A stretch of DNA of 53,959 bases from Nitriliruptorales bacterium (lineage in GTDB: Bacteria; Actinomycetota; Nitriliruptoria; Nitriliruptorales; Nitriliruptoraceae): positions 1 to 53,959 of the forward strand of contig JBFHRB010000001.1 of NCBI GenBank assembly GCA_041591915.1. Reading direction: 5' to 3'. This document shows positions 15,515 to 24,341 of this stretch, in pieces; position 1 is the first letter of the stretch, and every line of letters begins with the position of its first letter. Made by a program: the position numbers and the translations under genes. The notes under the pieces were generated by a model. That model did no database searches. It saw only the letters and a list, made by a program, of their open reading frames with translations, and was not told the origin of the DNA.

Positions 15515-17357
15515 ACCAGAACGTGCTCCCGGCCCCGGACCCCGACCCGACGCCGATCTCGCCCCCCATGGCCTCCACGAGCGCACGGCTGAGGTAGAGC
15601 CCGAGCCCCGTGCCGTCGGTGCCCTTCGCGTTGGGCCCTCGCTGGAAGCGGTCGAAGACGCGGGACAGGTCCCGCGGGGCGATCCCGTCGCCCTGGTCGC
15701 GCACCTCGACCCGCACGCGCCCGTCCTCGTGTCGGGCCGAGAGCGTGACGGGGGTGCCGCCGGGTGAGTACTTGATCGCGTTGGACACGAGGTTGGAGAC
15801 GACGAGCTCGATCCGTTCCCGGTCGCCCCGCGCGACCGGCAGGTCCTCGTCGACCTCGACGACCAGGTCGCGCTGGTCGTGGAACGTCCGGACGACGGCC
15901 CGGCAGACGTCGCCCACGTCGACCGGTTCCACACGGACGGGGACTCCGCGTCCGGCCTCGAGTGCGGAGTAGGCGAGGAAGCGCTGCACCAGGTACCGGA
16001 GCCGCGTCGTCTGCCGCAGCAGCGCCTCGCGCACGGCGGCGTCCTCCTCGTCGTCGGGATCGAAGTCGAGCGTGTCGAGGAGCCCGGCGATGACCGCGAT
16101 GGGAGTCTTCATCTCGTGGGACATGCCGGCGAGCAGCTCCTCGCGCGATCGCGCCGACTCCTCGGTCGCGATCTGGTCCGCGAGGCGGGCGTTCTCGAGG
16201 GCGGCGCTGGCGACCTGGGCGAGCTGCGCGAGGAGCACGTCGTCGGTCTCGGAGAACCGCTCGGTCGACGCCGAGCGCAGCCGGATCGAGCCGAGCAGCT
16301 CGCCGGTCCGGCCGACCATGGCAGCGGCGCGTTCGCGCGCGGGGTCGAGTTGGAGCTCGACGTAGTCCGCTGTCAGGGCCTCGGACTCGCGGGGCGCGAG
16401 CGAGACCTCGACCTCGTCGACGGGGAAGAGCCCGCCGGCCTCGTGCTCGATGAGGGCGACCACCTCGTCGTCGCGCAGGCGGGCATGCGCACGCGTCGCT
16501 GCCTGGACGAGCTGTCGGAGCCGCGCCGTGGTCGACTCCATGGCCCGGGCCTGCTGGAAGGCCGTGTCCTCGTGGGTGTTCAGGAGCTGTTCCAGTGCCG
16601 TGACACGCTCGGCCAGCGCCGTGCGTTCGTCGACCTGGTTGTCCGCGAGGATGTGCGGCAGCAGCCCGACACGCAGGCTCAGCGAGATCGTGCGGAAGCG
16701 GTCCGCGACCGGACGCCGGACGGGTTGCCGTGTGAACATGATCGCGGCGAGCAGGTCCCCGGTGACGAGCAGGCCACCGAAGCCGAGGACGCTCGCGATC
16801 CCGTAGCGCTCGACGAACTCCGCCTGCGCGGGGACGAACGGGCTGCCCGCGGCGTCCTCCACGTGGAAGACGTTGTAGGTCCGCTCGCTCGCATCGACCA
16901 GCACGTCCTCCGCGGGATCGACGACCGTCGCGATGTCGAGCCCCAGCTGGGAGATGAGGCGCGCGATCATCGGTGAGCGCTCGACCGCCTCCGTGCTCAC
17001 GAGCGGGAGCGCGAGGTGGCCGCGGGACCGCTCGGGGTCGTTCCAGTCGGGCTCGATCCCGCGCGTCGCCATCAGCCGGAGGCAACGCCGGCCCGTCAGG
17101 TCCTCGTCCGGGGCCAGCGCGGCCGCGAAGTCCTGGAGGTCCGGCGGGAGCTGCTCGAACGGTGTCGTCCGGAACACGCGGACGAGCGCGCACGCGCGAT
17201 CACCGGCGCGATCGCGCAGCGAGTCGTGGAGGAGGTCGACCACCTCTCGGCAGGCGTCCGCGAGGTCCGTGGCATCCGTCGTGGCGGCTCGCAGCCGCCC
17301 GCCGAGGTCGACCATGTCGCTCAGCGAGAAGGCGGTCAGCTCGTACGTCGCCCCCAC
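15486..17357 (-). CDS. Soluble sensor histidine kinase with a long N-terminal sensory region (GAF-like), no adjacent response regulator
   Basis: H-box MSHEMKTPIAVIAG, N-box NLVSNAIKYSP, G1 DQGDGIAP, G2 GTGLGLYLS. No hydrophobic transmembrane segments are evident. Confidence 0.9.
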   Translation of the reverse strand: MGATYELTAFSLSDMVDLGGRLRAATTDATDLADACREVVDLLHDSLRDRAGDRACALVRVFRTTPFEQLPPDLQDFAAALAPDEDLTGRRCLRLMATRGIEPDWNDPERSRGHLALPLVSTEAVERSPMIARLISQLGLDIATVVDPAEDVLVDASERTYNVFHVEDAAGSPFVPAQAEFVERYGIASVLGFGGLLVTGDLLAAIMFTRQPVRRPVADRFRTISLSLRVGLLPHILADNQVDERTALAERVTALEQLLNTHEDTAFQQARAMESTTARLRQLVQAATRAHARLRDDEVVALIEHEAGGLFPVDEVEVSLAPRESEALTADYVELQLDPARERAAAMVGRTGELLGSIRLRSASTERFSETDDVLLAQLAQVASAALENARLADQIATEESARSREELLAGMSHEMKTPIAVIAGLLDTLDFDPDDEEDAAVREALLRQTTRLRYLVQRFLAYSALEAGRGVPVRVEPVDVGDVCRAVVRTFHDQRDLVVEVDEDLPVARGDRERIELVVSNLVSNAIKYSPGGTPVTLSARHEDGRVRVEVRDQGDGIAPRDLSRVFDRFQRGPNAKGTDGTGLGLYLSRALVEAMGGEIGVGSGSGAGSTFWFSLPPLRLD

Positions 17358-17377
17358 GGATCCCTCCGCGCCGGACG

Positions 17378-18481
17378 CTAGCCGCGCCTCGCCCGCTCGA
17401 TGCTCGCCCCGGTCGCGACGAGGCGCTCCTCGCTGCCACGCGGCCCGATCAGCTGCAGGCTGGTCCGTCGGTCGTCCGTGACCGGCAACGACAGGGCCGG
17501 GACGCGCCCGAGGTTGACGGGGATCGTCAGCAGGCTCAGGTTCAGCTCCGCGAGGGCGAGGTCGCCGTCGAGACGCGGGATGTCGACGGGGATGGTCGGT
17601 GTCGCGATCGCGTCCACCTGCCCGAAGGCCTCCTCGAGCTCAGCCACCCACGCGCGGCGTGTCTCTCGCGCGGCGTCCAGTTGCTCCTCGGTCACGTGGT
17701 CCGCGCCGGCGAGCCGCTGGCGGACCTCCTCGCTCAGCCCCTCGCGCTCCAGCAGGTGGCCGGCGACCTCGCGCGACTCGACCAGCAGCAGCGTGGCCCC
17801 GGCCTCCCACGCGGCCTGCCACAGCGGGAGCTCGATCGGGACGACCTCGATGCCCGTCGCCGCAAGGGCCTCGTCGACCGCCTGGTCGATGTGTGCCGCG
17901 GTGAGCGGGTGGCGGAAGCGGCCGATCCGTCGGGCGGGCTCGCCGCGGGCGAAGTCCGGCTCGATCAGCTGCATGCAGCGTTCGACCCCGTCGACGTCCG
18001 CGGCCATGGGGCCGACGGAGTCGAGGGTCGTGGTGAGCGCCTTGACGCCGTCGAGCGGCACACGTCCGAACGTCGTCTTGAGCCCGACGATGCCGCAGCA
18101 CGCCGCCGGGATGCGGATCGAGCCGGCGGTGTCCGAGCCGTAGGCGACGTCCGCGTCGCCGGCACCGACCGCGGCGGCCGAGCCCCCGGACGAGCCGCCC
18201 GGCACGAGCGCGGGATCGAGCGGGTTGACCGGCGTGCCGAACGCCTCGTTGATCCCGGTCGCGCCGAAGCCGAGCTCGTGCAGGTTCGTCTTGCCCACGA
18301 TCCGCGCACCCTGGGCCAGGGCGGTCGCCACGACGCTCGCGTGCGCCGGGGCCGGGACGGCGTGGTCGGCGATCGCGCGGCTGGCGCAGGTCGTCGGCAC
18401 GCCCTCGATGTCGATGAGGTCCTTGACCGCGAGACGGAGGGGGCCGTCGCCGAGGTCGAGTCGGGTGATGAAGGTGGACAC
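17378..18481 (-). CDS. Amidase-signature family amidase
   Basis: Contains GGSSGGSAAAVGAG...GSDTAGSIRIPAACCGIVGLKTTFGRV and an upstream VKDLIDIEG (catalytic Lys region). It is short (367 aa). Confidence 0.85.
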   Translation of the reverse strand: MSTFITRLDLGDGPLRLAVKDLIDIEGVPTTCASRAIADHAVPAPAHASVVATALAQGARIVGKTNLHELGFGATGINEAFGTPVNPLDPALVPGGSSGGSAAAVGAGDADVAYGSDTAGSIRIPAACCGIVGLKTTFGRVPLDGVKALTTTLDSVGPMAADVDGVERCMQLIEPDFARGEPARRIGRFRHPLTAAHIDQAVDEALAATGIEVVPIELPLWQAAWEAGATLLLVESREVAGHLLEREGLSEEVRQRLAGADHVTEEQLDAARETRRAWVAELEEAFGQVDAIATPTIPVDIPRLDGDLALAELNLSLLTIPVNLGRVPALSLPVTDDRRTSLQLIGPRGSEERLVATGASIERARRG

Positions 18482-18514
18482 GTTCCGGGCCTGTCGTCGT
18501 GGTGGTCTCGGGAG

Positions 18515-19708
18515 TCAGATCGTGCCAGCGGCGAGGGCGGCATCGAACTCGGCTCGATCGAGCCCGACGAGGTCGCGCCAGACCGCCGCATTGTCCGCTC
18601 CGAGCTCGGGCGCGCCCCGGGGCGGTGGTGGGCGCCGCCCGTCGAAGCGCGGGTAGGGGGCCTGCTGGGCGATGGGCCCGGCGACCGGGTCGTCGACGAT
18701 GACGCGGTCGCCGCGTGCCGTCATGTGCTCGTCGTCGGCGATGTCCGAAGCCGTGTAGGCCCGGCCGACGGGGACGTTGTTGTCCACGCAGCGGCGCTCG
18801 ACCTCGTCGGCTTCCAGGGCCGCGCACCACTCCGCGACCATGCCGTGGAGCTCGTCGGTGTTGGCGACGCGGTCGTCGAGCGTGGCGAAGCGTTCGTCCG
18901 CGACGAGGTCGGGGCGCTGCATGGCGTCGCACAGGCGCGAGAAGTTCATGTCCGATCCGGCGGCGATCGCGACGTACTCACCGTCCGCGCACGCGAAGTT
19001 GTCCATGGGTGCGGAGGTCGGGATGCGGTTGCCGTGGCGGCCGCGGACGAGACCGAGGCGGTCGTGGCCGGCGATCGTCCATTCGAGGATGCGCAGGATC
19101 GACCCGTACAGCGGGGCGTCGATGACCCGGCCATGTCCGGTGCCGGCCACGTCACGCTCGTACAGGGCCGCCACGGTCGCCTCGGCGGCGAACACGCCGG
19201 TGAGGTAGTCCGACAGCGTGACCCCCGGGCGCACGGGTGGCCGCTCGGGCTCACCGGTGAGGTGGAGCAGTCCCCCCATCGCGATGCCGACGCGGTCGAG
19301 GCCGGGGCGGTCGCGGTAGGGGCCGTCCTGGCCGAACGCGGAGATGCGCGTGACGACCAGGCGGTCCGGCAGGTCGTCCGGGCCGATGTTCCACCGCTCG
19401 AGCGTGCCGGGCCGGAAGTTCTCGACGACCACGTCGGCGTGCTCGGCGAGCCGCCGGAAGAGGGCCTGGCCCGCCGGGGTCCGGAGGTTGCACGTGACGC
19501 TCTGCCGGCCGCGGCCCTCGACGGCCCACCACAGCGAGTAGCCGTCGTCGAAGGGCCCGATGCCCCGCATGAAGTCGCCGCGACCCGGATCCTCGACCTT
19601 GATGACCTCCGCGCCCTGCTCGCCGAGGATCCCGGCGCAGAACGGCGCAGAGATGCGCGTGCCGAGGTCGAGCACGCGCAGGCCGGCGAGCGGCTGCGGG
19701 GCGCTCAC
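18515..19708 (-). CDS. Family III CoA-transferase (CaiB/BaiF / alpha-methylacyl-CoA racemase-like)
   Basis: N-terminal sequence LAGLRVLDLGTRISAPFCAGILGEQGAEVIKVEDP. The GTG start overlaps the hydratase stop (GTGA). Confidence 0.9.
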   Translation of the reverse strand: MSAPQPLAGLRVLDLGTRISAPFCAGILGEQGAEVIKVEDPGRGDFMRGIGPFDDGYSLWWAVEGRGRQSVTCNLRTPAGQALFRRLAEHADVVVENFRPGTLERWNIGPDDLPDRLVVTRISAFGQDGPYRDRPGLDRVGIAMGGLLHLTGEPERPPVRPGVTLSDYLTGVFAAEATVAALYERDVAGTGHGRVIDAPLYGSILRILEWTIAGHDRLGLVRGRHGNRIPTSAPMDNFACADGEYVAIAAGSDMNFSRLCDAMQRPDLVADERFATLDDRVANTDELHGMVAEWCAALEADEVERRCVDNNVPVGRAYTASDIADDEHMTARGDRVIVDDPVAGPIAQQAPYPRFDGRRPPPPRGAPELGADNAAVWRDLVGLDRAEFDAALAAGTI

Positions 19709-20571
19709 GCGTCCTCGTCGGACGCGTCAGCGTCGGCCGGCGCACCCCGGTCGCGCGCCTCGAACACCTCGCGCATCGAGGACTTCTTCCGGCGCTCCTC
19801 GAACAGGCCGAGGGCGGTCTCGGTGTTGGACGTGAACTGGTGGATCATGAAGTGGTTGCGCCAGGCCGCGCGCAGGCCCATCAGGTCCTGCGCGTCGTTG
19901 ATCGAGCGCTTCACCATCTGCGCGGTGATCGGCGGGACCTTGCTGATCTGGTCGGCGAGGTCGGCCGTGGCCTTCTCGAGGTCTGCGCGGGCGACGACGC
20001 GGTTGACCAGCCCGAGCCGCCACGCCTCCTGGGCGTCGATCGTCTCGCCCGTGAGCAGGAACTCCTTGGCCTTGCGGAACCCGAGCTCGTAGGGCTCGAC
20101 GAGGAGCTCGACGCCGGCCCCGCTCATCCGCAGGACTGGGTTGCTGAAGAAGGCGTCGTCCGCGGCCACGATCAGGTCGCACATGCACGCGAGCATGAGC
20201 CCGGCGGCCACGCACGCCCCCTGCACCTGGGCGATCGTCGGCTTGCGGAACTCCCGGAGCCGCAGCGACGGGTCGTAGTACATGACCTCCTCGTGGAGGA
20301 GCTTGCCCTCCGCGGTGGCACGCATCCGGCGCCAGTCGTCGGCCTCGTCGGGGTCGAGGATGCCCTTGAGGTCGTGGCCGGCGTTGAAGTGCTCGCCCGC
20401 GCCGGCGAGGACGACGACGCGGACCTCGTCGTCCGCGTCGAGCTCGACGAGGGCCGCGTCGATGTCCTCGATCAGCTCGGTGCCGAGCGCGTTGCGGCGG
20501 TCGGGGCGGTTCATGGTCATCGTCGCGACCGGCCCGCGGCGGGTCACCTCGAGCCATCGGTACTCGCTCAT
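19705..20571 (-). CDS. Enoyl-CoA hydratase/isomerase (crotonase) family protein
   Basis: Starts at ATG 20571 (MSEYRWLEVTRRGPVATMTMNRPDRRNAL). Contains VVVLAGAGEHFNAGHDLK. The upstream 57 aa of the track ORF were rejected. Confidence 0.9.
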   Translation of the reverse strand: MSEYRWLEVTRRGPVATMTMNRPDRRNALGTELIEDIDAALVELDADDEVRVVVLAGAGEHFNAGHDLKGILDPDEADDWRRMRATAEGKLLHEEVMYYDPSLRLREFRKPTIAQVQGACVAAGLMLACMCDLIVAADDAFFSNPVLRMSGAGVELLVEPYELGFRKAKEFLLTGETIDAQEAWRLGLVNRVVARADLEKATADLADQISKVPPITAQMVKRSINDAQDLMGLRAAWRNHFMIHQFTSNTETALGLFEERRKKSSMREVFEARDRGAPADADASDEDA

Positions 20572-20605
20572 CCCGTCCCCTCCGTGCCGGTGGCCGGCGA
20601 TCGCC

Positions 20606-21790
20606 TCACGAGCGTGGCAGCCCGAGGATGCGCTCACCGATGACGTTGCGCTGGATCTCGCTGGTCCCGGCGAAGATCGTCGCCGCCAGGTAGTACAGCC
20701 ACGACCGCTGCAGGCGGCCGTCGCCGGGGTTGCCGGGCGCACCCTGCCAGAGCGGCGCGGCCGGGCCGAGCACCTCCATGAGCGTGCGGTGCAGGTCCTG
20801 GCTCCGCTCGGACCAGTAGAGCTTGAGGAGCGACCCCTCCGGCCCCGGGTCCTCGCCCTTCTCCAGCCGCGACAGCGTCCGCCAGTTGTGGAGCTGGAAG
20901 ACGCGGATGTCGGCGTAGGCCTGGGCGAGGCGCTGCTCGATGCGCGGGTCGTCGATGCGGCCGCTCTCGAGCGCGAGGCGGAGGAGCTCCTCGACGAGCT
21001 GGAGGTGCTTGACGAGCTGGCGCGGGCTCGTGCCGCGCTCGTGGGAGAGGGTCGACCGCGTGACCTGCCACCCGCGATCGACCTCGCCGATCAGCTGGTC
21101 GTCCGGCACGAAGGCGCCGTCGAGGACGACCTCGTTGAACTCGGCCTCCCCGGTGAGCTGGATCAGCGGGCGGATCTCGACCTCGGGCTGGTGCATGTCG
21201 ACGACGAGGTAGGTGATGCCACGGTGCTTGGGCGCGTCGGGGTTCGTCCGCGCGAGGCACAGCCCCCAGTCCGCGAACTGGGCGTAGCTGGTCCAGACCT
21301 TGCGTCCGGTCAGGCGCCAACCACCCTCCACGCGCTCCGCGCGAGTCGCGAGCCCCGCGAGGTCGCTGCCGGCCTCGGGCTCGCTGAAGAGCTGACACCA
21401 GAAGTGCGACGCATCGAGGATGTGCGGCAGCCACCGCTCCTTCTGAGCGGGCGTGCCGTGCGCGAGCAGTGTCGGCCCCGCGAGGTTCACGCCGATACGG
21501 CCCAGGAGCTCCGGCGCACCGGCCCGCGCCAGTTCCTCCTGCACGATGTAGTGCTCGGCCGGCCCGGTGCCGCGTCCGCCGTACGCCTGCGGCCAGGCGA
21601 CCGCCACCCAGCGGCCGGCAGCGAGGCGCTCCTGCCAGACGCGCAGGTAGGCGACCTCGTCGGCCAGGTCGTCGAAGTGCGGGTGCTCCGCGCGACCGTC
21701 CGGCCCCACCTCCCAGGTCCGGTTCTCGGCGAGCCACGCGCGCAGCTCGTCGCGGAAGGCGAGCTGGTCGGCGGTCCAGGCGAGGTCCAT
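20606..21790 (-). CDS. Acyl-CoA dehydrogenase family protein (ACAD-4, long type)
   Basis: Starts at ATG 21790 (MDLAWTADQLAFRDEL). Motifs: FWCQLFSEPEAGSDLAGL and the C-terminal AGTSEIQRNVIGERILGLPR. The 640-aa track ORF is an artefactual extension across the divergent gene. Confidence 0.9.
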   Translation of the reverse strand: MDLAWTADQLAFRDELRAWLAENRTWEVGPDGRAEHPHFDDLADEVAYLRVWQERLAAGRWVAVAWPQAYGGRGTGPAEHYIVQEELARAGAPELLGRIGVNLAGPTLLAHGTPAQKERWLPHILDASHFWCQLFSEPEAGSDLAGLATRAERVEGGWRLTGRKVWTSYAQFADWGLCLARTNPDAPKHRGITYLVVDMHQPEVEIRPLIQLTGEAEFNEVVLDGAFVPDDQLIGEVDRGWQVTRSTLSHERGTSPRQLVKHLQLVEELLRLALESGRIDDPRIEQRLAQAYADIRVFQLHNWRTLSRLEKGEDPGPEGSLLKLYWSERSQDLHRTLMEVLGPAAPLWQGAPGNPGDGRLQRSWLYYLAATIFAGTSEIQRNVIGERILGLPRS

Positions 21791-21797
21791 GGCGGTG

Positions 21798-21803
21798 ATG
21801 CTA
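21798..21803 (-). promoter_or_regulatory. -10-like hexamer TAGCAT, 7 nt upstream of the ACAD-4 ATG (leaderless candidate)
   Basis: The minus strand reads TAGCAT-CACCGCC-ATG. There is no purine-rich Shine-Dalgarno sequence. Confidence 0.5.
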
Positions 21804-21805
21804 GG

Positions 21806-21819
21806 TGACGCGCGTGTCA
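21806..21819. promoter_or_regulatory. Palindromic operator-like site, TGAC-N6-GTCA class (TGACGCGCGTGTCA)
   Basis: Centred in the 52-nt divergent gap between ACAD-4 and ACAD-5, flanked by the two -10-like hexamers. Confidence 0.75.
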
Positions 21820-21829
21820 GGGTCGTCGC

Positions 21830-21835
21830 TAGGCT
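21830..21835 (+). promoter_or_regulatory. -10-like hexamer TAGGCT, 7 nt upstream of the ACAD-5 ATG (leaderless candidate)
   Basis: The plus strand reads TAGGCT-CGCTCGC-ATG (21843). There is no Shine-Dalgarno sequence. Confidence 0.5.
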
Positions 21836-21842
21836 CGCTCGC

Positions 21843-22853
21843 ATGGACTTCGAGCTCTCCGCGGACCAGCGGGCACTGCGCGAGGCGGCGGCACGGCTGC
21901 TCGCCGACCGGGCCTCGCCCGAGCGCGTGCGCGCCATCGTCGATGCCGGGTCCGGGTTCGACGAGGAGCTCACCAAGCACGTCGTCGAGCAGGGCTGGCT
22001 CGCGCTCGACCTCCCCGAGGCCGAGGGTGGCATCGGCCTGGGCTTCGTCGAGCCCTGCGTGCTGGCCGAGCAGGTCGGCCGCCACGTCGCGCCGGTGCCC
22101 TTCGTCTCCAACGTGCTCGCGATCGAGGCGGCGCGGATCGCCGGGCGCGGGGACTGGGTCGAGCGGCTCGTGTCGGGTGTCGCGCGGGGCGCGGTGGCCT
22201 GGGGCGACGGGGTCGTGGCCGACCTGCCCGTCGCGGACCTGCTGGTGATGGTGGGCGAGCACCAGGTGATGGGTGCCGAGCTCACCGCACCGATCGAGGC
22301 CGTGCCCGTGATGGACGTCACCCGCGCGGTCGCGCGGATGCCGTCCGTCCTGCCGGACGTGTCCGTGCTCGGCGACGGCTCGGCCGCCTCTCGCCTCCTC
22401 GACCGGGGCGCGACGCTGCTGGCCTGCGAGCTCCTCGGCGCGAGCGAGCGGATGCTCGAGGTGGCGACCGAGTACGCGAAGATCCGCGAGCAGTTCGGCA
22501 AGCCGATCGGGTCGTTCCAGGCGGTCAAGCACCGACTCGCCGATGCGCTCGTCGACGTCGAGGGGATGCGCTCGGCGGCCTACTACGCGGCGTGGGCCGT
22601 CTCGGTCGACGCCGACGACGCCCCGCTGGCCGCCTCCACCGCGAAGGCCTGGTGCTCCGATGCGGCCGACCGTGTGATGCGCGCGGCGCTGCAGGTCCAC
22701 GGTGGCATCGGCTTCACGTGGGAGCACGACCTGCACCTCTACCTCAAGCGGGCGCAGCTCAGCGGGGTGCTGTTCGGCGACGCGGTGTTCCACCGCCGCC
22801 GCATCACTCGCCTGCTCCGGGAGCGTGTCGAGGCCGGCGCCGACCTCTGGTGA
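21843..22853 (+). CDS. Acyl-CoA dehydrogenase family protein (ACAD-5, short type; possible partner subunit of ACAD-4)
   Basis: Starts at ATG 21843 (MDFELSADQRALREAA). Contains LQVHGGIGFTWEHDLHLYLKRAQ. Length is 336 aa. Confidence 0.8.
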   Translation: MDFELSADQRALREAAARLLADRASPERVRAIVDAGSGFDEELTKHVVEQGWLALDLPEAEGGIGLGFVEPCVLAEQVGRHVAPVPFVSNVLAIEAARIAGRGDWVERLVSGVARGAVAWGDGVVADLPVADLLVMVGEHQVMGAELTAPIEAVPVMDVTRAVARMPSVLPDVSVLGDGSAASRLLDRGATLLACELLGASERMLEVATEYAKIREQFGKPIGSFQAVKHRLADALVDVEGMRSAAYYAAWAVSVDADDAPLAASTAKAWCSDAADRVMRAALQVHGGIGFTWEHDLHLYLKRAQLSGVLFGDAVFHRRRITRLLRERVEAGADLW

Positions 22854-22858
22854 GCTGG

Positions 22859-24301
22859 TCAGTCCGCCGCGGCCGCCGCGAGCGCGGCAACGGCGCGGCG
22901 GTCGGGCTTGCCGGCGTCGAGTCGAGGGACCGCGTCGACCGCGACGACGACCTCGGGGGTGGCGAAGCGTGCGACGCCGTGTGACTCGCAGGCCGTGGTG
23001 ACGTCGGCCAGCGCGGGCCGGGCATCCGCCTCGACCACCAGCGCGACGCGCTGGCCCAGCCGCTGGTCGGGGACGCCGACGACGACGGCGAGTCGGACGC
23101 CCGGCAACGTCGCGCAGGCGGCCTCGACCTCGGCGGGGGCGATGTTCTCGCCACCCCGGATGATCGTGTCGTCCGCGCGCCCGACGACGGTGAGCCAGCC
23201 GTCCTCGAGGCGGCCGAGGTCGCCGGTGTGGAACCAGCCGTCGCGCAGCGCCGACGCGGTTGCCTCCGGGTCGTCGTAGCCGAGGAAGAGCTCGGGGCCG
23301 CGGACGACGATCTCGCCGACCTCGCCGTCCGGGAGGTCGGTGCTGGTCGCGGGGTCGGCGATGCGGAGCTCGACGCCGGCCGTGGGGCGGCCGTCCGTCG
23401 CGCGCGTCCGCGCCGGGTCGTCGCCGACGTGGCCGGTCGTGACGGTCGGGGCCTCGGTCGAGCCGTAGGTGCGCTTCACGTCCGCCCCGAGCCGATCGCG
23501 GGCGCGGTCGACGAAGCCCGGCGTGACGCCGGCGCCGCCGGACGACACCAGCCGCAGCGACTCCACGCGGGTGGGGGAGAAGGACGGGGTGTTCCAGAGG
23601 TCGACGAAGAACGTGGGCGGCCCGATCATGAACGTGACCCCGTGCTGCTCGATGAGGTCGAGCGCCGAGTCGGCGTCCCAGCGGCCCATCAGCACGGTCG
23701 TCATCCCGGCCGCGCCCGGCAGCAGCACGCCGTTGAGGAGCCCGGAGATGTGCGCGAGCGGCGCGGGCATCAGCACGACGTCGTCGGAGGCCAGCCCGTG
23801 CGCGCCGGCCATCGTCTCGGCCTTGTGCCGCAGCCCGCCGTGGCCGTGGCGGACGAGCTTCGGCGTCCCCGTCGAGCCTGACGTGGCCAGCAGCACGGCG
23901 ACCTCCGGGTCGGCCGGTTGCTGGAGCACATCGCCCATCCCCACCAGTGTCGTGATCGGGTCGCCGGGACCGCCGACGTGGATGGCGCCATCGGGGTGGT
24001 CGCGTGCGGCGCTCAGGACGACCGCGGGGCGTGCACGCTCCAGGACGGCGCCACGTCGGGCGGCGCCGCCCCTGGGGTGCAGCGGCAGCGCCGTGAACCC
24101 GCCCTGCCAGCAGGCATGGAAGAGCGCGACCCCCTCCCAGATGTTGGGCAGCTCGAACGCGACCGCGTCGCCGGGTGACGCCCCGAGGCCGCCGAGGCCC
24201 GCAGCGATCGAGCGTGCCCGGTCGAGGAGCTCGTCCGGCTCGAGCACCCGCTCACCGTCGATGACACGCGGCGGTGACAGGTCGTGGAGCGAGTCGCTCA
24301 C
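22859..24301 (-). CDS. AMP-dependent synthetase/ligase (acyl-CoA ligase-like)
   Basis: Starts at GTG 24301 (VSDSLHDLSPP). Motifs: LATSGSTGTPKLV and GWFHTGDLGRLEDGWLTVVGRADDTIIRGGENI. The upstream 180 aa of the track ORF overlap ACAD-6 and were rejected. Confidence 0.85.
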   Translation of the reverse strand: MSDSLHDLSPPRVIDGERVLEPDELLDRARSIAAGLGGLGASPGDAVAFELPNIWEGVALFHACWQGGFTALPLHPRGGAARRGAVLERARPAVVLSAARDHPDGAIHVGGPGDPITTLVGMGDVLQQPADPEVAVLLATSGSTGTPKLVRHGHGGLRHKAETMAGAHGLASDDVVLMPAPLAHISGLLNGVLLPGAAGMTTVLMGRWDADSALDLIEQHGVTFMIGPPTFFVDLWNTPSFSPTRVESLRLVSSGGAGVTPGFVDRARDRLGADVKRTYGSTEAPTVTTGHVGDDPARTRATDGRPTAGVELRIADPATSTDLPDGEVGEIVVRGPELFLGYDDPEATASALRDGWFHTGDLGRLEDGWLTVVGRADDTIIRGGENIAPAEVEAACATLPGVRLAVVVGVPDQRLGQRVALVVEADARPALADVTTACESHGVARFATPEVVVAVDAVPRLDAGKPDRRAVAALAAAAAD

Positions 24302-24341
24302 GGGCGTCTCTCCGACGCCTGGTCGACCGCGCGAGGACGCC

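Noticed and set aside
20606-22528. Long N-terminal extensions of real genes in the ORF track: 20606-22528, 22859-24841, 12831-13892, 47978-49555, 50852-52726, 45325-47694, 3304-5154, 14000-15514, 13563-14939 and 26952-28679.
   Set aside because: The extensions cross upstream genes or operator/promoter gaps. Their composition is unlike the conserved C-terminal part. Internal starts with Shine-Dalgarno sequences or stop-start overlaps reproduce the expected family lengths.
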